32,295 nt of DNA from an uncultured Candidatus Saccharibacteria bacterium (GCA_964555825.1 CAZKTY010000002.1:1-32295); one strand, 5' to 3'. Shown: positions 17,896 to 26,456, counted from the first letter of the stretch. Translations and numbers: made by a program. The notes: generated from the sequence alone by a model not told the origin.

Positions 17896-18663
17896 ATGCA
17901 TTTTATTGACGCAATAATTTTAGGAGTTGTTGAAGGAATAACAGAATTTTTACCTGTTTCTTCTACTGGACACATGATACTTTCTGCAAGTGTTTTGGGT
18001 CTAGTGCAGGATAATTTCTTGAAAAGTTTTGAGATCATAATTCAGTTAGGCTCCATATTGGCCGTTGTTGTTCTTTTCTTTAAAAAATTCTTTGATATTG
18101 AGGTCTTGAAAAGGATAGTTGTTGGTTTTATTCCAACAGGGATAATCGGTCTGATATTCTATAAAGTTGTAAAAAATTTTTTAGGAAGCGAGAATGTTGT
18201 ACTTTGGTCACTGTTCCTTGGTGGAGTGGTTATAATACTTTTTGAGATATTCAAAAAAGACGAAGATAAGGAAGAAAAGGGAATTGTTTCGCTTAGTTAC
18301 AAAGATTGTGCTGTTGTTGGGCTTTTTCAGTCTATTGCAATAATACCGGGAGTTTCTAGATCAGCGGCCACAATTATCGGAGGTCTTTCTATAGGTATCG
18401 ATAGAAAAACGATCACAGAGTATTCTTTTTTGATAGCTGTTCCAACAATGCTTGCTGCCACAGGACTTGAATTGATCAAAGGTGCAGGGAGTATCTCTCA
18501 AGATCAATTTGGGTTACTCGCCGTTGGACTTATTGTCTCTTTCTTAGTGGCACTTGTCGCTATAAGATCCTTTATAGGTTTTGTTAAACACCATAAATTC
18601 ACAGGTTTTGGTGTTTACAGGATACTGATCTCTGTAATATTTTTCTTTTTTGTCGGTAAGTGA
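17896..18663 (+). CDS. uppP: Undecaprenyl-diphosphate phosphatase (BacA/UppP); start moved to ATG 17896
   Basis: MHFIDAIILGVVEGITEFLPVSSTGH N-terminus and the PGVSRSAATI motif. The listed TTG start at 17842 adds an atypical Cys-rich extension. Confidence 0.9.
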   Translation: MHFIDAIILGVVEGITEFLPVSSTGHMILSASVLGLVQDNFLKSFEIIIQLGSILAVVVLFFKKFFDIEVLKRIVVGFIPTGIIGLIFYKVVKNFLGSENVVLWSLFLGGVVIILFEIFKKDEDKEEKGIVSLSYKDCAVVGLFQSIAIIPGVSRSAATIIGGLSIGIDRKTITEYSFLIAVPTMLAATGLELIKGAGSISQDQFGLLAVGLIVSFLVALVAIRSFIGFVKHHKFTGFGVYRILISVIFFFFVGK

Positions 18664-18677
18664 TCTTTTTTGATCAA

Positions 18678-19109
18678 TTAATTGCTTTGAGGAGCAGGAG
18701 ATACTTCTGTCTGATTCCTAATATTTATTGATGTTGCTGTAAGACTACTACCATCAGAGTTTGTTGAACCACTCACTAATACTGTTGTGTCGGTACTTAG
18801 ATCATCAGTCGATCCAGAAACACTTTTCATTATGTTCGTGCTTGGATTTACAAATACTATCTGAGATCCCCCTCCCGGAAGTTTGATCGTGATACTTTGG
18901 CTGTCTTTTGAAATAATACTTCCTGAGACACCTCCATTTGATCCACTTGTTTTAGTTCTTGCAAAACTTCCTGATGTTCCTTTTGCAAAGGTCATTGAAG
19001 ATTGAGAGGATGAGGTTTGTGATCCTTTGTAATATGAACCTGCAAAAAAACCAGAAGAAAGGGCTATAACGATCAATATGACTATAAATACGAAATGTTT
19101 ATTATTCAT
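18678..19109 (-). CDS. Small membrane-anchored or secreted Ser/Gly/Thr-rich protein (beta-barrel, DUF5666-like pattern)
   Basis: N-terminal hydrophobic helix. Last gene of the exporter operon. C-terminal pattern resembles that of ORF 22784-23299. Confidence 0.55.
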   Translation of the reverse strand: MNNKHFVFIVILIVIALSSGFFAGSYYKGSQTSSSQSSMTFAKGTSGSFARTKTSGSNGGVSGSIISKDSQSITIKLPGGGSQIVFVNPSTNIMKSVSGSTDDLSTDTTVLVSGSTNSDGSSLTATSINIRNQTEVSPAPQSN

Positions 19110-19139
19110 TTTTTTTATTTTGACTTTTAAATTATTAAT

Positions 19140-20363
19140 TTACTCGTAACGTAACGCTTCTATTGGATTTAAACTAGCGGCTCTTCTTGCTGGGTAGTAT
19201 CCAAAAATAATTCCAATTCCAGCAGAAACTCCGAAGGCGAGAAGTATGGGATAAATAGATATTTGGGTTTGGAGTACTCCAAATAATGAGACAGCGTAAG
19301 AGATACCAATTCCAAGTATTATCCCGATAAACCCGCCCAAAAAAGTGAGAGTGACAGCTTCTGCTAAGAATTGATTACTGATATCTTTTCTTTTTGCTCC
19401 GATAGCTTTGCGAAGTCCGATTTCTTTTGTTCTTTCTGTGACTGTTGTGAGCATCATATTCATAATGCCGATCCCTCCTACAAGAAGAGAAATTCCAGCA
19501 ACTGATCCTAGAAGGATAGTAAAAGTACTTACAACACTTGAAGCTGTTGATACTATGTCGGCTTGATTCATTGTGCTGAAGTCTGCAGATGCAGGATTGC
19601 TTATCTTATGTCTGCTTAATAGTAGTGTTGTGATATCAGCTTGTACTTGAGTCATGATGTCTGAACTTTCTGCTTCGACATCTATTGTTGTTAAGTACTC
19701 GTTTCCTGTAAGGAATTTTTGAGAGTCAGTGACTGGGATGATTATCATATCGTCTCTGTTCCCAAATCCGCTCCCTCCTTTAGATTCAAGGACTCCTATG
19801 ACACTAAATTGCATTCCTTTTATCGCTATTGTTTGTCCAATTGGGTCGGTACCTGTTGCAAATAGATCACTGACCGTTGTGGGACCAAGGACAGCTACTC
19901 TTGCTAAACTTTTTGATTGTTCGTCTGTTATAAAAGACCCTTCGCTTACATTTACGTTCCTAACAGTAGAATAAGATGCATTTGTCCCAAGCACGGTGGT
20001 ATTTGTATTTGTCCCTTTTGCTGTGACTTGATATCTTCCTGAGACCTCAGAAGAAACATTTGCAACTCCACTTACTCCTGATGCGATTGCGTCAGCATCA
20101 TCTTGAGTTAGACTTTGAGCACTACCACGACCGCTTGAGACTGTAGCACCTGGACCTCTTTGTGTTCCTGGCATGACCTCGATCAAGTTAGAACCAATGG
20201 ATTGTATACTCGATGTTATCGATCCTTGAGCTCCTTGCCCGATAGAGATCATAGCAATAACAGAACTAATACCGATCACGATTCCTAGCATTGTGAGACT
20301 TGATCTTACTTTGTTTGCCGAAAGGGCAGTGTATGTTTCTTCGTATATATCTTGGATCGTCAT
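19140..20363 (-). CDS. MacB-type ABC transporter permease (FtsX domain with large extracytoplasmic loop)
   Basis: TM1, then a ~230-aa external domain, then three TMs. C-terminal YPARRAASLNPIEALRYE signature. Confidence 0.88.
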   Translation of the reverse strand: MTIQDIYEETYTALSANKVRSSLTMLGIVIGISSVIAMISIGQGAQGSITSSIQSIGSNLIEVMPGTQRGPGATVSSGRGSAQSLTQDDADAIASGVSGVANVSSEVSGRYQVTAKGTNTNTTVLGTNASYSTVRNVNVSEGSFITDEQSKSLARVAVLGPTTVSDLFATGTDPIGQTIAIKGMQFSVIGVLESKGGSGFGNRDDMIIIPVTDSQKFLTGNEYLTTIDVEAESSDIMTQVQADITTLLLSRHKISNPASADFSTMNQADIVSTASSVVSTFTILLGSVAGISLLVGGIGIMNMMLTTVTERTKEIGLRKAIGAKRKDISNQFLAEAVTLTFLGGFIGIILGIGISYAVSLFGVLQTQISIYPILLAFGVSAGIGIIFGYYPARRAASLNPIEALRYE

Positions 20364-20377
20364 TTTATTTAATATTA

Positions 20378-21088
20378 TTAAATTAAGTGTTGGACTATTC
20401 TTTGGGTATGTTTCTTTGAATCCTCAAGTATCATTCCATCTTTTATGTATACGATCCTTTGTGCATGTTCTGCAACATCTGGTTCGTGAGTGATGAGTAC
20501 GATCGTACGACCGTGTTCTTTATTCAATTTTTGAAAGGTGGCTAAAACAATTTCTCCTGTCTTTGTATCTAGGTTTCCAGTTGGTTCATCAGCTAAAATA
20601 AGTGCTGGGTCATTCACTAAAGCTCTAGCTATCGCTACTCTTTGGATCTGTCCTCCAGAAAGTTCATTTGATTTGTGTTCAAAGTGACTCTCATCAAAAC
20701 CTGCTGCGATCAAGGCTTTTTCTGCTAGAGGTCTTCTTTGTTCATGAGGCACACCTGCATAGACCAAGGGGAGCATTACATTTCTAAGTACTGTTGTTCG
20801 GGGAAGGAGATTAAAAGCTTGAAAAACGAAACCTATTTTTTGGCGTCTAATATCGGCAAGTTCTTCATCCGAAAGTTTAGAAACATCTTTTCCATCAAGA
20901 AAATATTGTCCGCTCGTTGGTGTATCAAGTGCTCCAATGATATGCATCAAGGTTGATTTACCAGAACCTGAAGGACCCATGATAGCTACGAATTCTCCAT
21001 CTTCAACAGTGAAGCTAACACCGTGCAAAGCTTCAAATTCAACATTTCCAGTTTTGTATACTTTTTTTACGTTTTTTATTTCAATCAT
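20378..21088 (-). CDS. ABC transporter ATP-binding protein (MacB/LolD-like)
   Basis: Walker [10 protein letters not shown], signature [15 protein letters not shown], Walker [12 protein letters not shown]. Confidence 0.92.
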   Translation of the reverse strand: MIEIKNVKKVYKTGNVEFEALHGVSFTVEDGEFVAIMGPSGSGKSTLMHIIGALDTPTSGQYFLDGKDVSKLSDEELADIRRQKIGFVFQAFNLLPRTTVLRNVMLPLVYAGVPHEQRRPLAEKALIAAGFDESHFEHKSNELSGGQIQRVAIARALVNDPALILADEPTGNLDTKTGEIVLATFQKLNKEHGRTIVLITHEPDVAEHAQRIVYIKDGMILEDSKKHTQRIVQHLI

Positions 21089-21094
21089 TTGTAT

Positions 21095-22774
21095 TTATCT
21101 ACCTGGTCTGCTATTTCCACCAACAGCACTTAATAAGCTAGGGGTTTTTGTTGTTGTGGCACTACTTGCTGTCGAAGAAGTTGTCTTTGTGATGACCTGA
21201 TCACCAGCTTTTAGTCCAGATTTTATCTCTATGTTCGTATCATCTGATACTCCTGTTTGTACAACAACTTGAATTGGTGTTTCGTTTGAAGTGAATCCTG
21301 ATTCTGAACTTTTTGGTACTGGATCTTTGAACATTTGAACGTAAGAGATATTTCCTTGTGTTTTTACTGCTGAAGAAGGAACGATCAATACATCTTGGCT
21401 TGCAGAAGTTATTATTGAGGCACTAACACTCATTCCTGGTTTTACTCTCACATCATCTGTATCGAATGCTATCTCAACATTATAGGTTACTACTCCTTGG
21501 CTAACTGTTCCTACGAGATCTACTTGAGCAACTGTCCCTGTGATATTTAAGTCGCTAAGAGCACTAAATGAAAGAGTAACTTTATCACCAGCAGCAACTT
21601 TAGCTGCATCTACTTCATTAAGAGAAATGTTGGCGATCTTTGAATTTGATATGAATGTTCCTACACTTCCACTTGTTTGATCTCCAACTTTTACACTAAC
21701 TTTTGCAATGACTCCATCCAAAGGAGCTTTTACAAAATATTTGTTATATGTATTTCGTGCTTGTTCAACACTGAGTTCAGCGGATTGAATATCCAAAGGA
21801 TCAGTACCTTGCTGTAACTTTTGAAGTGTTAAACTTTTTTGTTGTATATCATTTGCAGAATTTTCAATAGAATTCTTTGAATTAAGGAGACTTGAGACAT
21901 CTGAATTCACAGAGGATGTCCATGTGCTTAAATTATTTTCTGCTGTGATGGTGTTAGTTGAAACGGCCTGACTTGTATCAGTATTTTTTATGTAATCAAC
22001 AGCGATCTTTGCATTCTGAACCGCTTGGGCCAAACTTTTTGAAGTGTCATAGGTCTCTACGACTAATGTTTTGATGGATTCAGAAGAACTATCTCTAGTT
22101 ATATCTTTTGAATCTGTAAGATTTTGACTATAGGTTTTTTTTGCTTGGTCAAAAGCTACTCCTGCGCTTTGAGAATATCCTCTTACTATCTCAGGCATTG
22201 ATACCATTTGTTCTGCGCTCAAATATCCTGTTTTATCATAAAGCATAGAATTGAGCCCGTTGATGACGTTTGTCATATCAACAAAGGCACTGGACACGTT
22301 ATTTAAAGCTGTTGTCTCATCGGTTGATTTTGATGTAATAGATGAGCTTAGATCATTTTGGTCTGTTGCCAATTGCAATGCATCTGTAGGCTCTTGAAGC
22401 TTTGCTAGATTGATCTCGGCATTTTGTAATGCAATCCTTGCAGTAGTTGGATCAATTGTAACTATCAGGTCTCCGGCACTTACTTTTTGACCACTGACAG
22501 CACTAACACTTGTTACTGTTCCAGAAACACTATTGTTCAGGTCGATCTGGTTTGATGCTGCAACTTGTCCTGTTCCTGAAACTGTACCAAGTATGGTTCC
22601 AGTTTGAGCTTCTGTCAGAACATATTTTGTACCAACTCCTATATTTTGGATTATTTTAACTGAACCATATGCTGTGCTTGCAATGACAATGATTCCTAAG
22701 ATCGATAATTTTTTGTGGAACTTCCACATATTCTTGAAAGATTCGACAGTAAAAAAATGTAATATATTTTTCAT
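21095..22774 (-). CDS. HlyD/MacA-family periplasmic adaptor (membrane fusion protein) with a long S/T/N-rich insert
   Basis: N-terminal TM, lipoyl-like halves (GDLIVTIDP ... APLDGVIAKVSVKVGD), beta-barrel and membrane-proximal domains. 559 aa. Confidence 0.75.
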   Translation of the reverse strand: MKNILHFFTVESFKNMWKFHKKLSILGIIVIASTAYGSVKIIQNIGVGTKYVLTEAQTGTILGTVSGTGQVAASNQIDLNNSVSGTVTSVSAVSGQKVSAGDLIVTIDPTTARIALQNAEINLAKLQEPTDALQLATDQNDLSSSITSKSTDETTALNNVSSAFVDMTNVINGLNSMLYDKTGYLSAEQMVSMPEIVRGYSQSAGVAFDQAKKTYSQNLTDSKDITRDSSSESIKTLVVETYDTSKSLAQAVQNAKIAVDYIKNTDTSQAVSTNTITAENNLSTWTSSVNSDVSSLLNSKNSIENSANDIQQKSLTLQKLQQGTDPLDIQSAELSVEQARNTYNKYFVKAPLDGVIAKVSVKVGDQTSGSVGTFISNSKIANISLNEVDAAKVAAGDKVTLSFSALSDLNITGTVAQVDLVGTVSQGVVTYNVEIAFDTDDVRVKPGMSVSASIITSASQDVLIVPSSAVKTQGNISYVQMFKDPVPKSSESGFTSNETPIQVVVQTGVSDDTNIEIKSGLKAGDQVITKTTSSTASSATTTKTPSLLSAVGGNSRPGR

Positions 22775-22783
22775 ATTTTTTTA

Positions 22784-23299
22784 TTATTTTGTAAGTGGAC
22801 TTGTTGTGCTTTGAGCTTGGTTGCTTCTGTTCATTTGAGGTGGGGGAGGAAGGATCCTTATAAGTTTTGCTGCAATATTTCCATTGTCTTCAGGGGATCC
22901 AATAATCACTACAAAATCTCCGATCTTTAGATCTGTTGAAAGGATATCCTTTTTTGATTGCCTATATATAGTATCGTCTGTGACATCAATATTTTTTTCT
23001 ACTCCATCTTTGTCAGCAACAATGATCGAAGGTAACGATATCTTTATTATTGAACCTATTGCTCCGTTTGCGTTCGGTAGATTCTTTTCTGGATCTAAAT
23101 TTGGAAGGAATGGTTCGTCTCCTCCTTTTTCTTCGAATCCATTATAGTAGTTTTCACCTACATGGCATGAAAAGAATGCTTTTTTATAGCCAACTAGTAT
23201 TCCAGTTTGGAATATGAAAAGTATTATTCCTAAGATAAATAAGATCCCTATAGAAATACGCAAAGTCTTTGATTCAAAAATTTTTTTTATTGTTTCCAT
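22784..23299 (-). CDS. Membrane-anchored hypothetical protein (DUF5666-like beta domain)
   Basis: N-terminal TM (ISIGILFILGIILFIF). C-terminal pattern GAIGSII...LKIGDFVVIIGSPEDNGNIAAKLIRIL. Lies in the operon between the anti-sigma candidate and the adaptor. Confidence 0.55.
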   Translation of the reverse strand: METIKKIFESKTLRISIGILFILGIILFIFQTGILVGYKKAFFSCHVGENYYNGFEEKGGDEPFLPNLDPEKNLPNANGAIGSIIKISLPSIIVADKDGVEKNIDVTDDTIYRQSKKDILSTDLKIGDFVVIIGSPEDNGNIAAKLIRILPPPPQMNRSNQAQSTTSPLTK

Positions 23300-23304
23300 T
23301 TTTT

Positions 23305-23718
23305 TTATTTATAAATTAATTCAGGTCGTAAAAACAAAGAAGCCTCCTTTGTTGTCTTTGAAAGAAGATAAAGGAGGATCCCTAACATTGAGACAATAAG
23401 AAAAATATCCAAAATAGGAGCTGATTCTAAAAGTAGAAGAAGGGTTTGTTTCCAATTCATCAGCGCAAATTTACTGTCACTTATAAGGATCGAGGCATAA
23501 TCTGAGAAGACAGAACTTTGAAAATCAGAAAAGATCTTTGAAAATACATAAACAAAAAAACTCCCTGAAGAAATGAGAGACAATCCAAATAGCTCAAACT
23601 TTATCTTAGCTTTTCTTTTTTGCTCTTTTTGAATTGTTGCTAGGATCTTCTTTTCAAGACCTTCTTCGCATGGGATAAGAGTGAGGTTTAGAGAAATTTT
23701 TTCTATGTCATTTATCAT
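23305..23718 (-). CDS. Putative membrane anti-sigma factor (assigned by position only)
   Basis: Immediately downstream of the ECF sigma gene. Short cytoplasmic N-terminus plus two hydrophobic helices. No recognisable zinc-binding anti-sigma motif. Confidence 0.4.
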   Translation of the reverse strand: MINDIEKISLNLTLIPCEEGLEKKILATIQKEQKRKAKIKFELFGLSLISSGSFFVYVFSKIFSDFQSSVFSDYASILISDSKFALMNWKQTLLLLLESAPILDIFLIVSMLGILLYLLSKTTKEASLFLRPELIYK

Positions 23719-23747
23719 ATTTGTATTGTTATCATTGATATTTTACG

Positions 23748-24332
23748 CTATTTTGCGATTTTTTGGTGCATTTTAAGGGATTCTTGCATTTTTATGACAG
23801 CTCTTCTGTATCTGCTTTTTACTGTATTCATTGGTTCTTTAAGTGTAGAGGAAATATCTTCAAAGGTCATTCCTGTCTCATGCCGAAGGATAACCACTTC
23901 TTTATATTTTTCTGGAAGGGCATTTATTATTTGGTTGATCATTTCTGATGTTTCTTTGTCCTCAAATATTTTGTCTGCAATTGGTGAAGTATCAGCAATG
24001 TTCTCTTCAAAGGAAGAGTCTTCGTCAATATTGTCCATCTCTGAGAACATAATGAGTTTTTTCTTCCTTAAGAAATCAAACGTACTGTTGCGTGCTATGG
24101 CATATATCCACACTTTGAAATTTCTCTCCCTGTCAAATTTTTCTATGTTCTTCCATACTTTGAGAAAGGTCTCTTGTACTATATCTTCTGATGATTCTTT
24201 GTTTCCACAAAGTCTCCAGACAAAAGAATACAAAGGTCTTGTGTATCTTTTCACTATTGTTTCAAAAGACCCTTCTTTTCCTTCGAGATAATCCTTAACT
24301 AATTCATTGTCATCTTTTTCCATTTGTACCAT
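23748..24332 (-). CDS. ECF-type sigma-70 family RNA polymerase sigma factor
   Basis: Region 2 (IVQETFLKVWKNIEKFD...WIYAIARN) and region 4 (MTFEDISSTLKEPMNTVKSRYRRA). 194 aa. Confidence 0.88.
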   Translation of the reverse strand: MVQMEKDDNELVKDYLEGKEGSFETIVKRYTRPLYSFVWRLCGNKESSEDIVQETFLKVWKNIEKFDRERNFKVWIYAIARNSTFDFLRKKKLIMFSEMDNIDEDSSFEENIADTSPIADKIFEDKETSEMINQIINALPEKYKEVVILRHETGMTFEDISSTLKEPMNTVKSRYRRAVIKMQESLKMHQKIAK

Positions 24333-24349
24333 TGTAAGTTATTTTTTGC

Positions 24350-24376
24350 TTAGACAGAAATTTTGTTTATAGTTGA
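24350..24376 (-). promoter_or_regulatory. Candidate autoregulated ECF-type promoter
   Basis: Minus strand reads TCAACTA (24376-24370), a 15-nt spacer, then TCTAA (24354-24350). This resembles the AAC(T)...TCTAA pattern of RpoE-like ECF promoters and lies ~18 nt upstream of the ATG. Confidence 0.25.
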
Positions 24377-24396
24377 ACAGGGGTTAAAATATTCAT

Positions 24397-25233
24397 ATGA
24401 GGGAAATCAGTAAGGAACATAAGCATGTAAAAAATTACCATAGAAGGTCCCTTTTGAGTTATCCTGCGACTCCGATCCAGAAATTCTATACTTTTCTTTT
24501 GTCTCCTCTTATCACTGTTCTATTGATGTATCTGGTATTTAAATTTCTACCAAATTTTCTCTATAATCGTTCAGAGAATTTTTCTTTTTTTGATCTGATC
24601 GAAGCATCTTTTGCTACTCTAGGGAGACTTATTATTGCTTATATCCTTGCTGTAGTTGTTGCTTTTCCTTTAGCCATTCTTGCTGTTTACAATAGGTTTT
24701 TTGAAGCGATCCTTTTACCTGTGTTCGATATCATAGAATCAGTACCTGTTCTGGCTATTTTCCCAATAGTGATATTGCTTTTTGTCAGGTTCGGGATGCT
24801 TAATAGTGCCGCTATATTTATTTTGTTCTTAAGTATGCTCTGGAACATTGTCTTTACATTGGTAGGGGGTCTCAAGATCATTCCTAAGGATATTACATAT
24901 GCAGCAAAGGTCTTCGGTATCACAAAATTATCTTATTTCAAGAAAGTCATCCTCCCTGGAGTCTTTCCAGAACTTGTAACAGGTTCTATTTTGGCTTTTG
25001 CACAGGGTTGGAACTTGACCATCGTAGCTGAGGCTCTTCACACTTATATTCCCGGAGGTTTAGAGAGTGATGATCTTTTTGGAATAGGAAGTTTTTTAGT
25101 TCATGCTTCATCAGGTGGGAATGGAGTTCTTTTTATTTCGTCAGTCTTGGTTATGGTGGTCCTCATAGCCATAATGAATTTATTAGTTTGGCAGAGACTT
25201 TTACATCATGCAGAAAGATTCAGATTTGAATAA
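24397..25233 (+). CDS. ABC transporter permease (NitT/TauT-type, BPD_transp_1)
   Basis: Six hydrophobic segments and an EAA-like loop (AAKVFGITKLSYFKKVILPGVFPELVTG). Confidence 0.85.
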   Translation: MREISKEHKHVKNYHRRSLLSYPATPIQKFYTFLLSPLITVLLMYLVFKFLPNFLYNRSENFSFFDLIEASFATLGRLIIAYILAVVVAFPLAILAVYNRFFEAILLPVFDIIESVPVLAIFPIVILLFVRFGMLNSAAIFILFLSMLWNIVFTLVGGLKIIPKDITYAAKVFGITKLSYFKKVILPGVFPELVTGSILAFAQGWNLTIVAEALHTYIPGGLESDDLFGIGSFLVHASSGGNGVLFISSVLVMVVLIAIMNLLVWQRLLHHAERFRFE

Positions 25234-25951
25234 AGATCCAAATAACAAAATAATAATTTTTGAGAACGTTTGTAAGATCTACAACGGAGAGAAAACTGAG
25301 GCTGTTTCAGATGTTTCCTTTAGTGTTTCAGAAGGAGAATTTGTTTGCTTTATTGGACCCTCTGGCTGTGGAAAGACAACGATCCTTAAAATGATCGCAG
25401 ATATTGAGCAGTCAACAACAGGTAAGGTAACAAAACCAGAAAATGTCTCGATGTCTTTTCAGTTCGGGGCTCTTTTTCCATGGCTTACAGTTTTTGAGAA
25501 TGTTGCGATGGGGCTTAGACAAAAAGGGGTAATTGATCCAAAACTGACACATGAGGTCCATAAATATCTTTCACTTATGGATATTTTAGATCTAAGAGAA
25601 AAATTTCCAACTGACCTTTCTGGGGGTCAGAAACAGAGAGTGGGGATAGCGAGAGCTTTGGCTATTGAACCTGATGTCTTGCTTCTCGATGAACCTTTTT
25701 CTGCTTTGGATGCAATAACTACAGCAGAACTCCATGATGACATAATAAAAATATGGAAGGAAACAAAAAAAACGATCATTATGGTCTCTCATATAATTGA
25801 AGAAGCTGTATCTTTGGGGGAAAGGGTTATCCTCGTAAAAGAAGGGAGGATAGCTGAGGAGTTCAAAATAAAACTTCCGTATCCACGTCGTGAGCAAGAA
25901 GCAGATTTTGCTCATGAGGTTATGAAAATAAGGAAAGTATTCTTTAGTTAG
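25208..25951 (+). CDS. ABC transporter ATP-binding protein (nitrate/sulfonate/bicarbonate-type)
   Basis: Walker A GPSGCGKTT, signature LSGGQKQRVGIARAL, Walker B LLLDEPFSALD. The start overlaps the permease (an alternative TTG start lies at 25226). Confidence 0.9.
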   Translation: MQKDSDLNKDPNNKIIIFENVCKIYNGEKTEAVSDVSFSVSEGEFVCFIGPSGCGKTTILKMIADIEQSTTGKVTKPENVSMSFQFGALFPWLTVFENVAMGLRQKGVIDPKLTHEVHKYLSLMDILDLREKFPTDLSGGQKQRVGIARALAIEPDVLLLDEPFSALDAITTAELHDDIIKIWKETKKTIIMVSHIIEEAVSLGERVILVKEGRIAEEFKIKLPYPRREQEADFAHEVMKIRKVFFS

Positions 25952-25959
25952 TTATTTTG

Positions 25960-25988
25960 TTGACTTACATTTCGTCTTGTTATATACT
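25960..25988 (+). promoter_or_regulatory. Sigma-70 promoter of the marR-efflux operon
   Basis: TTGACT (25960-25965), a 17-nt spacer, then TATACT (25983-25988). It lies 35 nt upstream of the marR ATG. Confidence 0.55.
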
Positions 25989-26011
25989 TAGGTAACCTAA
26001 ATATTAGGTAA
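25988..26011. promoter_or_regulatory. Candidate MarR operator
   Basis: Perfect 6-1-6 palindrome TTAGGT-A-ACCTAA (25988-26000) overlapping the -10 and start-site region. A direct repeat of TTAGGTAA lies at 26004-26011. Confidence 0.45.
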
Positions 26012-26022
26012 ACTGAATATAT

Positions 26023-26439
26023 ATGCAGATGAATAATATAGAAAAAATAACATCGCTCATATTTGCGCTGAATCTAAAAATAAAAGAATCATTTGAAAAA
26101 AGCTCAAATGACGTTATTTTTTCTGTCGTGCAAATGAGGGTCCTTTATTTTGTTAATGAAAAGAAGAATCCTTCAATGAAAGAAGTTGCTGAACATTTTT
26201 GTATCAGTTCTCCATCTGCCACTGAAACTATAGAGCGTCTCATTAAATTAGAATTGCTTACAAGGAAGTCAAATGAAGAAGACAGAAGATCTGTAAATAT
26301 AGCTATTACTAAAAAAGGTGAGAAAGAGTTAAAGAAAGCTAAAGAAGTCATGGATAATGCCGTTTGTAAGGCTTTATCGAATTTAAATAAGAAAGATCTG
26401 GGAAGTTTTTTAGAAATTCTTGAGAAAGTAATTAATTAA
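26023..26439 (+). CDS. MarR-family transcriptional regulator
   Basis: Winged helix-turn-helix (MKEVAEHFCISSPSATETIERLIKLELLTRKSNEEDRRSVNIAITKKG). 138 aa. Confidence 0.85.
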   Translation: MQMNNIEKITSLIFALNLKIKESFEKSSNDVIFSVVQMRVLYFVNEKKNPSMKEVAEHFCISSPSATETIERLIKLELLTRKSNEEDRRSVNIAITKKGEKELKKAKEVMDNAVCKALSNLNKKDLGSFLEILEKVIN

Positions 26440-26456
26440 TAATATTAAATCAAAGT

